A model generated the notes under the pieces. That model was not told where the DNA came from. It did not search any database and was given only the letters and a program-made list of their open reading frames with translations. The position numbers were made by a program, and so were the translations under genes. A DNA stretch of 64,000 bases from Podarcis erhardii. Taxonomy: Eukaryota. Positions 26,990 through 38,334 of this stretch are shown one piece after another (within the stretch, counting starts at the first letter, position 1; the number at the start of each line of letters is the position of its first letter). The stretch is taken from assembly GCA_964252035.1 (NCBI GenBank), contig OZ176204.1. One strand, given 5' to 3'.

Positions 26990-27700
26990 AAGCCCTTCGC
27001 CTCGCGGGCCTTTCTGAGCAGCCGACCCCGGACCTACCCTCAAGCCCTCCCCGCAGCGGGGGCAGAGGCCTCTCTGCTGCTCCTTCCGCAACCCCCTTTG
27101 GGCTTCCCCGCCCTGCCCTGCCCTGCCCTGCCCTTCACTCGCCTCACCTCAGAGGCCCGAACCCCGGAGTCCTCCCTCCCCACCCTTTGGCCCCTCCTCC
27201 CCGCCCCTTCCTTCCTACCTGCGCGGGCTCCACGCTGGCCGGGAGCCCCTCGGGCAAGGCCTGGAAGAGGAGCAGAGCCATTGCACCGAGGAGCCTCCTC
27301 TCCATCCCCCCACCCCACCCCCCGCTCCCCAGCTCTCTTCACCCGGCGACTGTGAAGTCTGACCCGTGAACTGGTGTACCCCGGGAGGCTTGCCCGCCTA
27401 CGGCATGCTCCCCATTGGGCAGGAGGAGGGCCTTCTTTTCTTTCATTGGCCGCCTCCGCTGCTCTTTAAAAGACCGCCGCAGAAGCAGAAGACAAGAGGC
27501 GTAGGTTCCGCCCTCTTGGGCGTCGGCCAATGAAAGGAGCCGCGAGGCGGCCATGTTAAGTGTGGCGGAAACTGTTGGGCAAAGCGAGAGAATCCGCCAA
27601 CTATAAAGACATTTAAAGGGGCAGCAGATTGAAAACTCAAGAGGAGAGGAGTGCGCAGGGTCCTTTTTGGGGGTTCGGCCTTCCGCCACCGCGGCGGGAT
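26990..27700 (-). promoter_or_regulatory. CpG island and distal promoter of WBP1L
   Basis: GC/CpG-rich; CCAAT motifs at 27414-27418 (-), 27445-27449 (-) and 27527-27531 (+); YY1-like GGCGGCCATGTT at 27546-27557; surrounds the long-isoform exon 1. Confidence 0.85.
27219..27305 (-). CDS. WBP1L: WW domain binding protein 1-like, first coding exon of the long (signal-peptide) isoform
   Basis: MERRLLGAMALLLFQALPEGLPASVEPAQ|gtagga, 87 nt, phase 0. Matches remembered human MERRRLLGGMALLLLQALPSPLSARAEPPQ; lies in a CpG island downstream of SFXN2 as in mammals. Confidence 0.92.
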
Positions 27701-28709
27701 CTTTTGATAGGTCCAGAACCATCAGACATATTGGCATTGTTAGTAAAGGATAGGCAAGATTAAAAAGGCAGCTGCTCTAGACTAGAGTAAGATGCTCATT
27801 CACACGCCGAACATGAATCCTTGTCCTGCTTCTCAGCACACGCGGCACAACTCCCACAGCCGACTGCATTCAATTCACTTCCTGAATCTCCATGACCCAA
27901 ACACTCACCCAAGCATCTTCTGATGCTTCCATTACCGGTGACAATCACAGCATTTCTTGGTTGGAGAGAATCTGCAGCCTGTCTTTATGCGCCCTGTGTC
28001 TGAATGCACCTGCCTCTGAAGCAACCTTGGTTTTCGGCAAGAGAGGCATCTGCCTTGTGGCGGCTTCAGTGACTGAGGAGGTGCATAAAGGAGAGGGAAA
28101 GGCGGGTCAAGCCGAGAGTATGAGCCATCCAGCTGATAATAGCATTCATTTCATGAAGGCACCAGATCACCATGCCAGGAAGCTGAGGGACAGCTCTGCC
28201 AGTGGCTCACCATCCAAAATGTAGTGGCCATTCTGAATGGTTTGAAGGAAAGAAAACTAAGCTAGTCAGCTGAAACTGGATCATCTGAATGCACAACTAG
28301 TTTCAAACAATCTCAGAACTCTAGGAGGCACCAAAAAATATAATCCAATTCATTCAACCGCTTAAGTGGGCTGTTTCATACATAATTACATCTACGTTAG
28401 CCTTCAGTGCTATGCTGTACCATTCATATGCTCAATTTTTTATTTTTTTATTTAGTATGGCAGTTGCTCACACACACTGAGGTGAAAATGAATCTCTTGC
28501 TGTTTGTACTGAGACAAAGGTACAGTATGTATGAACTAGCTGTCCCAGAGATTCATAACAGATCTAATCCTTCATTTTCTCCTCCCAACAGTGGTTCATT
28601 TAGGTAATTTTAGGCATTATACAATGGTCTCACATGAGGAGGGGGAGGCTCTTTAGATGTAATATGCATTACTTCACTTACTTAAAATAATCTTGTGTCC
28701 TCCCCATTA

Positions 28710-28924
28710 CAGTGGTACCTCGGGTTACATACGCTTCAGGTCACAGACTCTGCTAACCCAGAAATATTGCCTAGGGTTAAGAACTTTGCTTCAGGATAAG
28801 AACAGAAATTGTGCAGCGGCAGCAGGAGGCCCCATTAGCTAAAGTGGTGCTTCAGGTTAAGAACAGTTTCAGGTTAAGAACAGACCTCCAGAACGAATTA
28901 AGTTCTTAACCTGAGGTACCACTG
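28710..28924. mobile_element. Tigger/pogo-like MITE, subfamily A
   Basis: Full TIRs and TA duplication. Confidence 0.92.
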
Positions 28925-29516
28925 TAAATGGTAACGTGCATTATGGAGCACCTCTTCCCAGGCCATGTAATAATAATAATAAATTTTATTTATATCCCGC
29001 CCTCCCCAGCCAAAGCCGGGCTCAGGGCAGCTAACAACAATAAAATAATACAACATTCTAAACATTCTATGTATATAACGCCCTCCCTCTCTGTTGTTGT
29101 TTTCAGTCAGTTAGTCAAGACCTGTTTATTCCAGCAGTCTTTTTTAAAATTAAGATTTTTTTATTGTTGTTAACCATCAACCCCCATCTCATTTGTAACT
29201 GATTTGTACAGCTTTTATGAAATTGGAATCTTCATATGCTAAGATCCACCTTGAATTGTGTATTCGCATGAGAACATCATTAAGAAGAGCTCTGCTGTAT
29301 GAAGCCAAAAGCCCATTTAGTCTATGATTTTGTTCTCCTTCAGGTAGCATTCTTGCCTTCGGGTACTGGACGTGGGGGGCGGGGTGAGCATCTGAAATTT
29401 GTTATTATAATATTACTACAGTAATAGACGTTATTAGACCAGGTTTTGCATTTTACAGTTACATAAAGTTCTACCAGCTGAGCTGTTTGGGGCTAACCAG
29501 TTCTGCCTCCCCTTTA

Positions 29517-29867
29517 GGTAAAGGTAAAGGGACCCCTGACCATTAGGTCCAGTCATGACCGACTCTGGGGTTGCGATGCTCATCTCGCTTTATTGGCCGA
29601 GGGAGCCGGCGTACAGCTTCCGGGTCATGTGGCCAGCATGACTAAGCCGCTTCTGGTGAACCAGAGCAGCGCAACAAAATGCCGTTTACCTTCATGCTGG
29701 AGCGGTACCTATTTATCTACTTGCATTTTGACGTGCTTTCAAACTTCTAGATTGGCAGGAGCAGGGACCGAGCAACAGGAGCTCACCCCATCGCGGGGAT
29801 TCGAACCGCTGACATCCTGATCGGCAAGTCCTAGGCTCTGTAGTTTAACCCACAGCGCCACCTGCAT
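29517..29867 (-). mobile_element. Sauria SINE, full length, with 11-bp TSD
   Basis: Direct repeat CCTCCCCTTTA at 29506-29516 and 29868-29878. Confidence 0.93.
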
Positions 29868-30789
29868 CCTCCCCTTTATTACGGCACTTATGATTTCATT
29901 TTGCAATTTCTTTATTCCTCATTCCCACCCGAAATAGTATTTGGCAGCTTTGGTTACCCTTAACACTCCAGATATCACAAACTAAATACATCCAAATGTA
30001 TATTGTTGGGTTTCTTTCCCCCTCACCCATCCCAACTGCAATGAAATGTAGTGAGTCAAAGATACAAATATGCACTTGCCAGCCAGGTTTTGTATGAAAA
30101 CAATAGACGTCATCTGCAGTAATACTGATCTTAACAAAATAACACTTCAAAGGATCTGGAAAGCTGTGTTTCTGGGAAGGGGAGAGGATGTAGAAGGAGG
30201 ATTAAACACATATGTGGAAAACAAGAACATACGCCTTGAAATATGTGAGAAATAGAAGTTAGAAATGCCTTGTTTTTTGTTTTGTTGCTATGTAATTCAC
30301 AAAGGTTGCAGTCCCAAATTCAGTTACATGCTCAAGCTCTATTGAGCATGTAACTGAATAGCATTTAAGTGCATTTTACTTTGTGTAAGACTGACTGTAG
30401 ACAAAGGAAACTTTTATTATTTCCATCCTTCAATGAAAGAGAAATCTTTTGCTATCCCTGGATCCAAATAAATTTTTTAAAATGTGCTGGGTTGGATTAA
30501 GAAGTTTTACAAAAACGAAACACCCCACACTTTAATGCAAAGAAAACATAAGTATACCAGAACTGAAATGAAGCTACAGTAATACAGAAGAAAATTCATC
30601 AGTGGAAGATGCCCCATTTTACAGTTTAGAAATATAAATGGGTTTATCCATACAGTCCAATTCATAGGCAGTTAACACGAGGAAATCCATATAGGAACGG
30701 ACTGTTGATGTTTATAGGTGGGTTGATGGCATATTCTATTGTTGTGGGATTGGGGGTCATAAAGGAGAAGGAAACTAGTAGTAGTTTTG

Positions 30790-31460
30790 GAAGACTTCTT
30801 GTTGGCATCCATCTGTCTTGGGAGACAATGGAGGAGTGCACCTTTGTGGGTGAAGTCAAACTGTTGAAGAGTTACAGCGCCTGCTGTGGCTGTAGAGACC
30901 AATACTGAGAGACATGTTTCATTGCAACTGAAGCAGATACGGCATCCGGTTGTGCCACTGCAGATGTACCATGACATTTCTTCTCTTTGCGCTTCTCGCA
31001 GCTGTCATTCCTTCTCTGATCACTGCTGCGGATACACAATCTGTCTCCAGGCACCATGGCTGTCTGCAAGGGATTCCCACATGGCAGGGTTAACTTTTCA
31101 TCTTTGGCTGGTACAGTAGTTTGCTCTGCTTGTTGAGTGATATTCGGAGCTCCACACACCCATTGAAGCAGGTGGGCAGTGGCAGGTCAGCGTTTTATTG
31201 ACCTGGGGCTGCTCTACCTAAGGCAGGTGGTAGCTGACCAGTGAGACACAGTGAACTTTCCCACTGATGAAGGCAACCTGTTGTGCTCATACCTTATGCC
31301 AATCAGGTTGAGTTTATAACTCATAACCGCTGCCTCACACGTTGTTTTTGCTGCATTTGTAGCACCAAAGTGACCTCTCCAGGGTGCAAGCTTGGGCAGT
31401 GTGTACAGAGGTCCTGGGCTGCCCAGATGACAAGATCCTCTCCATCTCGGCCTCCCTGAT
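30790..31460 (-). mobile_element. Internally deleted RTE-clade element (5' region joined to 3' end)
   Basis: 3' part encodes remnants WESLADSHGAWRQ..CIRSSDQRRND..C..C..CLS with a CAA/GAA tail. 31095-31460 is non-coding and resembles an RTE 5' region. 5' boundary uncertain. Confidence 0.65.
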
Positions 31461-33481
31461 ATGATCCAAAAGACCACTGTCAGTGATTGGCTGACTGCTA
31501 CCAATGGCAAGCCTTTCAAGTGGCTAGGAAATACCTAAAATACCCAAACCTGAGTAAGGATAATTTGATGTGTCCTGTGTGTGAAGAGACTGCTGTTTGA
31601 GGAAGACATACAGGCACAGAGGGCTGACATTTTGAGTTCCAGCTAACAGCATTTCAGTGGGCTGTCTGTCTCCCTGGTCACCTGATATGGGCACAGTGAA
31701 CTTTGGCTCTCTGTTTGGAGTGTTTACGTTGTGCCTCCACCTATGCTCAAATTATATATTTGTAAATAAGCACAATTACAGAACACCAGTAAACTTCTAG
31801 GGTCCTTTTTCGAAATGAAACCAAAAGCACTGTGTTGCTGAACCTTCTCAGTTATGCTCAGTGCAGTGAGTGTAACAATATAAAAAGAGGCATGACTTGT
31901 TGGTGACACCAAGTTTTTAGAAAGCTAGTTACTCCTGAATTTAAGTGGTCAGCTTCTGTTATCATTCTTGTTTGCTCCTGTATATAGTACAGTAAGCCTG
32001 CAACTTACACACATTTAACTTGTGCACAGATTTACATGCATGGCAAAAAAATAAATAAATAGAAAATTCAAAATTTTCCCAAGGTTCCAGGAAAATGATG
32101 TTGGCAATCCCACCCATTTAAAGATCTTACTTATTAATTGGTTTTCTGTGCTCCTTTGTATTCTGTTTTGATTGCATATCTCTAAGCCACTTTCAATACT
32201 ATTTCAAATATAAAAAGCAGACAATAATATTTTAAATTTTTAAGTCCCTCCAATTCATAAGATTATGGACAGCCAGAGATGAGTGTGCTAGGCTTTACTC
32301 TGCATTTATGTTCAGGGATACAGCAAGTGCCCAAAGAGATTTTGAGGCTGAGAATGTGCTCATCTTGGAAGAATTCTGCAGCAGACTTGCAGGGATCCTA
32401 TGATACAAATCAGTATAGAAATTATTTGAAATCAATTGTTCTACAGGAAATTTTAGAGCCAAGTTTAGTTTGCTTATTACCAACTAGGTAGGTAGTGACG
32501 ACACTATCAGTGTCTGAATTCTGCTGTTCAAACAAAGAGAGATGGGAAACAGAATGGAACTCTGTGTTCCTCCGCAAAAATTGGCACATGCTTTTACATC
32601 ACAGAGAGTCCATGTTACTTGTAATGCAACAAGTACTGGACATGGTTAAAACAACATGGCTTGTTCCTACGACAAATTCCAGAATTGAAGTTGATGGTTC
32701 AGTGTCAAAAGTGTTTCTCTCTGTGTGTCTAGGGCTAACAGATGGGGCTGGGCAGGTGGTTTAGGTCAGATTCACAGCATACATTTAAAGCACATCTAAC
32801 ACATATATAAAGCACATTATTTCCCCCAAAGAATCCTGGGAACTATAGCTTTCCCCTCACAGAACTATTCCCCAGCATTCTTAACTACAGTTCCCAGGAT
32901 TCACTGGGGAAATTCATGTGTTTTAATTCATGGTACTGACCTAGACTGGGAAAATTATTGGAGGAGTGGGAAGAGCTAAATGCCTCACTACAGAGTTGCA
33001 CATAATTGGTTGCTATTGAAGTAGCATGAAATAATAGCAACAGGCACTTCAGATTTCTTTCAGTTAATCCCTAAAATGATACTGAAGTATATTCATGTTA
33101 TTAAAGCATATTCATATTCATGTTAGTAACCATTGATTGTTGCAGTGTGTTGTTAACTAACCTTTGAGCTAGTTATTACTCTGGTATCTTGATTGCAGAT
33201 GCAGGACACATTGATTTCAATCAATTATCTGCTTTGCATGTGGTTGTACAATCACAGCTGTGCAGTGCCTGTAAAACAGGAGTAGGCAGCCAAGACACCA
33301 GGCGTGGAGAACCTTTTTCAGCCCGAGGGCCACATTCCCACATAGGCAACCTTCCAGGGCTTGCACTCCAATGGTGCTTGGGGCCAGAGACAAAAGCGGG
33401 TGGAGCAAAAGATGTGAGCCTCGCCTTTATATAATAGGCTTGCAATCCTGCCCCCCCTTTTGTCTTCTTGTGTAATCTCCA

Positions 33482-33860
33482 TTAAAGCTGGTATTGCGCC
33501 TTGGGATTTGGAACCATTACAGCAATATAATTAGTAAAAAAAAAGTTCAAGTAAATCTGGTCAGCTACTTTAATACCCTTTAAAGATAGACAGGCATTTC
33601 CTAAAGGCTCCATCACTAGGGCAAATAATATTGGGGACAGGGGACACCTTTGTTTTGCACCCATTTATCGAAAACATTCCCAAATCCAAACTGTTGATTC
33701 TTAAGCAAGACTTCCACTCCATAAATAGGTTCATAAACAACTTTACAAGCTGGAAGCCCATTCTCATTTCTTTTTCTAAAACACCCAAGTTTACAATATT
33801 CAGTATACGAGGGTCGCTTGTTAAAGATTTCCTGACCCACTTCCAGTTATCGTAGGAGAT
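33482..33860 (-). mobile_element. L1-clade RT fragment
   Basis: VLEK..MGF..RIN..GAKQRCPLSPILFALVMEPL..KGIKV resembles L1 GTRQGCPLSPLLF.L.LEPL. Confidence 0.75.
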
Positions 33861-34007
33861 GAAATTGCACATATATAACTATACATCTCTCCATAGGTAA
33901 TGTGGTAATTTGTAGCTCTGAACATGATAGAGAATTGGCATCTTTCTCCTTTGATGTACAGATGAAGCTCGGATAAGCCTACCTGGTTGGGCACACATAA
34001 AGTTCTA

Positions 34008-34265
34008 CCGTATTTTTCGCTCTATAAGACGCACCAGACCACAAGACGCACCTAGTTTTTGGAGGAGGAAAACAAGAAAAAAATATTCTGAATCTCAGAA
34101 GCCAGAACAGGAAGAGGGATAGCTGTGCAGTGAAAGCAGCAATCCCTCTTGCTGTTCTGGCTTCTGGGATAGCTGCGCAGCCTGCATTCGCTCCATAAAA
34201 CGCACACACATTTCTCCTTACTTTTTAGAAGGGAAAAAGTGAGTCTTATAGAGCAAAAAATACAG
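34008..34265. mobile_element. Tc1/mariner (Tc2-like) MITE
   Basis: TA|CCGTATTTTTCGCTCTATAAGACGCAC ... GTGAGTCTTATAGAGCAAAAAATACAG|TA. Confidence 0.85.
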
Positions 34266-34649
34266 TAATTTATCAGTTCACGCCTCTATATGGTTTTCTA
34301 TTTCGTTCTTAGTATAAGTGATTTTCTTTTTTAAAATCATGCTTTTACAAGTTGCACTGTGTTTAAAATCACCAGGTTTTCAATAATGAGCATATGCAAG
34401 CTTATTCATCTGGGAAGGGAAATTTACCTCTAGACCATAATTCCCTGCTCCCCACAGATGAATTAGTTAATTTGACTGATCCTAGAATTTGACCCCCATT
34501 GCAGGGCTATTAGGTGAAGGCTTGTCTGAGCAGAATCAAGGTTTCTTTGGTATTTTCCAAAGAACTGGAATCATCCCGTTCACTCATTGTCTTCACTATT
34601 TGGTTTCAGACCCAGAAACAGCCTTAGTTTGTTTGCTTCTTTGTGAGTA

Positions 34650-35380
34650 AAGAGACTAGGTAATCAAAGCTGACTATAAGTTTAAAGGGGAATTTCCAGT
34701 GGTGTTCCAGTCCTGCTTTTCTCAGTTGCTCAAAGTAGGGTTTAAAGCTTTTTCTGCATTGTAGCATGTTTTGGCTCCAATCCTGATAAAGACTTGTGTG
34801 CTTCCCAGTGGTTCCAAGCTTCTGGCTGTTGTTTTTTAAAGACTTCTTTCTTCATCACATATTGTATAAAAACCAACTATCAGATCCCCAGGCATCTTTC
34901 CTTCTCTTAGCTTGGGGTTAAGTATTCTACAGACTTGCTCTATATCTTGCAGTAATAAATGTAAACCAGGAAACAGTTCATTAAGCCATGCTATTAAGCT
35001 TTTTATGGTCTCCACAGTAACCTTCTCCCCATGTCACCCTAAGAATATTGTGGAGATTACTGACCTCGAGGTCCACCACTTTTCCACCTGACTTCTTGCT
35101 TCTCCTTTGACAGTGCCCAAATAACAACTTTGTGCTTCAAGCGTAGGATCTTCACTTTGCAATTTTTTAATATGTCAGTTCCTTTAAGTTTATTGCAGTT
35201 TTGATGCTTTTGACCGGTCTTCCACTATATCAGTCCTGAATTTAACCAGTATATCAGCCGTAAATCCAACATAAATGTTCCTTTTAACGCCATTGAAGAA
35301 CCCACATTATTACCTCAAGGGCCTATTACTGAGGCAGCGTCCCATGCTTCAAAATGTGATCTCAGATCCCATTTTTATGT
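34650..35380 (-). mobile_element. L1-clade ORF1 fragment
   Basis: IEQVCRI..PGDLIVGF and QDWSQNMLQCRKSFKPYFEQLRKAGLEHHWKFPFKLIV resemble the L1 ORF1p RRM/CTD. Left part well supported, right boundary approximate. Confidence 0.7.
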
Positions 35381-35383
35381 GAT

Positions 35384-35557
35384 CTGAAACTGTTGTTAAC
35401 CTGAAGCACCACTTTAGCTAATGAGGCCTCCTGCTGCTGCCACGGCGCCAGAGCCCGATTTCTGTTCTTATCCTGAAGCAAAGTTCTTAACCTGAAGCAC
35501 TATTTCTGGGTTAGCGGCGTATGTAACCTGAAGCGTATGTAACCCGAGGTACCACTG
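35384..35557. mobile_element. Truncated Tigger/pogo-like MITE inserted into a Sauria SINE
   Basis: One TIR only (ending 35557, followed by TA); internal sequence matches subfamily A. Confidence 0.88.
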
Positions 35558-35710
35558 TACTTGCACTTTAACGTGCTTTCGAACTGCTAGGTTGGCAGGA
35601 GCAGGGACCAGGCAACGCGCGCTCACCCCGTTGCGGGGATTCGAACCGCCGACCTTCTGATCGGCAAGTCCTAGGCACTGTGGTTTAACCCACAGTGCCA
35701 CCCATGTCCC
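35558..35710 (-). mobile_element. Sauria SINE, 5' half only
   Basis: Head through ...GTGCAAGTA, then replaced by the MITE TIR. Confidence 0.9.
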
Positions 35711-36491
35711 ATAAATCAAATTCTAGGATCTGTCAAATTAACTGATTCATCTGTGGGGAGCAGGGAATTATGGTATAAGCCACCATCTTGGTGGAATGAT
35801 GTCACCATCCCCACTTGCTTTGATTTAAAACACATTTATAGGGATATACATCTATATAGCTATGCAAGATTAGTAATTCCACTCCCTGATTCTTTAGAAG
35901 GGCATTGGGATTGAGAGGATTGCAAAGGATAGAGACACCTCCTCAACATGACTCAGTAGTTACACATTTATTCCTGCAGTTGATGCATAATTGAATTTGT
36001 CCTGCTTTAGCTTCCAGTTCTTGAGGAAACGTTCCTGTCATCTACAGCTACTGACAATGAAACTGGTATTTGCCAAGTTTCTGTAAACAAGCTATCTGAT
36101 CAACGTCATGTAGCCCAGAGATTGGCACATCAGCTTGAAATACAATTGGCACACACTGTGTATGTTTCAAGTACTATCTTGTTAATGATAAGCTGTGCAG
36201 CTCTTTTGGATACGAGTACAGATACAGCTTGTATGCACAATGCCAGACTTGGTTTGGTTTGGCCTGGGTGTTTTTCCTACGGGAATCAGCACTATTTGAG
36301 AAACAAAAAACCTCTTGTGTTTGACTTGCAGGAAGCCAGAAAATAAAGGAAATGCTTTGTCTGTCAACTGATCTCCCTGCCCCCCCCCCACAGCCCAAGT
36401 GAAATAGAACCTGCTTGGTTTGTGAATCTAAAATGTACTCCAGAAGCAAAACTAAGGCTACAATTCCTCACCTTGCCCCAGTCTAGTGAGT

Positions 36492-36745
36492 GGAAAGTCC
36501 ACTGTCCCTCAGACCATGTGGAGGGCCGGACTATACCGGTAATTTGACAAAAAATATGAATGAATTCCTATGCCCCACAAATAACCCAGAGATGCGTTTT
36601 AAATCAAAGCACACATTCTACTCATGTAAAAACACCAGACGGGCCCCACAAATGACCCAGAGATGCATTTTAAATAAAAGGACACATTCTACTCATGTAA
36701 AAAACATGCTGATTCCCGGACCGTCTATGGGCAAGATTGAGAACC
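36492..36745. mobile_element. End-truncated hAT (Charlie-like) non-autonomous element with internal 71-bp tandem duplication
   Basis: TCCACTGTCCCTCAGACC..GGAGGGCCGGACTATA resembles remembered hAT MITE sequence; repeat units start at 36572 and 36643; TIRs missing. Confidence 0.7.
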
Positions 36746-38334
36746 CTTGTGGGTAGGCAACCTATACCTTTAAAGTGCATTTAAAGCACATTCCCCCAAA
36801 GGGTTCTTGGCACTATTTTGCTAAGGGTTCCTGGGAATTTTAACTCTGAGGGGTAAACTAGAATTCTGAGGGGGAAATGATGTGTTTTGGATGTGCTTTA
36901 AAAGGTACAGTGCACACATACAGAGCCTTAAAACAAAATGACCTGAAGCACTTTCCAGGAGGTGGTGACAATGAGGCTGCTTCCCATACCCAACTATGTC
37001 TGCTCTGAAAATTCTGAGGCAAAAGGAGTCTAAATTACTTCCTTTATCATTCAATCAATGGGACTCTGCAAGCTGCTTAGAAGCCCCTTAGATGCCGTTC
37101 CTTCCCAGGTAACAAAGCTATGTGTTTTAGACCCTGCACCACGAGACCAAGCTGTACATGATGCTGATTGCATGTAAGCAACCAATATGCATTTCAAATA
37201 TTATGAGATAGCCACAGTGAGGGCCTCCGAGCAAAATCAAAGTTACAGTGTACATGGAGGAGCATTTTACTTCCTCCCTGCTACCATCCCATTGAAAAAT
37301 ATTCTGTTTGCCCCAGGAGGGAAGTTTCCGTTGGCTTCTATTTGTGTTTTGCTTAGTATGGATTGAGACTGATCTACTTCCACTTATCTGAAAAGGATCA
37401 GGGATAGAATACGATGAGGGTTTCTGTGCAATACCATGTGGGCATGCAGTGGTAATTATTCTTGTAGGGAAAGTGGTTTGGGGTGTGTCTTTTTTATGCC
37501 TGCCTCAAAAAATGTTTAAGGGAGCACTCAAATAAAGGATAAGCCTTTTGAAAGATGGGCAGCAGGAGTACATTGCAGCTACATTGCAAACTTGAGGCAG
37601 TGAGGTCAGGTGGAATTTGAAACCTATCCAGGAAACCTGAGAGGGCGAACCAACTCATTACAAAAGGGGGATAGGAAGAGAAGTGAGAAGCAGATAAGCA
37701 ATTCAGCCATCAAGCCAGAGAGAGGTGGAGGTTGTTTACCAGAGTTAGGGAACATCAGCTCTTGCAACATTCAGCCAGAGTGGACCAACGGTCAAGCCAA
37801 TGCAAGGTAAATATTGAGACAGGTACAGCTCTGTCTTCTAAAAATTGCTGATCTACAGCATATTTGGCAGGTAGAGCAGAAATACAAGCAGCTCCTCAGA
37901 AAACAATTGCAATGCTGCAAATGATGACCTCTACTGTCAAGTGGTATATATGGCATTTACCATCTAGTACACTGAAGTGTTGCAGCCATCTTGTTTGTCC
38001 TTTTCTGAGGTCTCCAGGCTGCAGATAGCAGACCCTGTTATAATTAACCTTTGATCCAACTGTATAGCTCAGTGGAGGGTCAGATAGATGGGGAGTACTT
38101 TTGTTTGAGTAAGGAAATCAGTTTGCACTTGGTCTGAGATCGGCTGACCTTGGAGTTTAGAACAGATGACAAACGGTTGGGGAGTCCCCAGTCTATCATC
38201 CCAGGCCTCCCTCAAACAGCAACAGGGATATCTAACAGACATCTGCACAAAGCTGGAACAACAGTGAGTCCATAAAGCATCTGGAAAATAAGGTTGCATG
38301 AGGTGTAGCTGAAAATAAGGAAACTAAAGTAAAA

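Larger units (their letters stand above)
34434..35774. repeat. 59-bp inverted repeat pair (34434-34492 and 35716-35774)
   Basis: 57/59 identical on manual alignment of the reverse complement. Confidence 0.92.

Noticed and set aside
26848-27737. Pro/Arg/Gly-rich ORFs of 85-173 aa
   Set aside because: Expected stop-codon scarcity in a GC-rich island; the real coding piece is 27219-27305.
31570-31900. Possible solo LTR (ends near TGTAACA, has TGTAAATAA)
   Set aside because: No clear 5' TG boundary or TSD and no second copy in the window.
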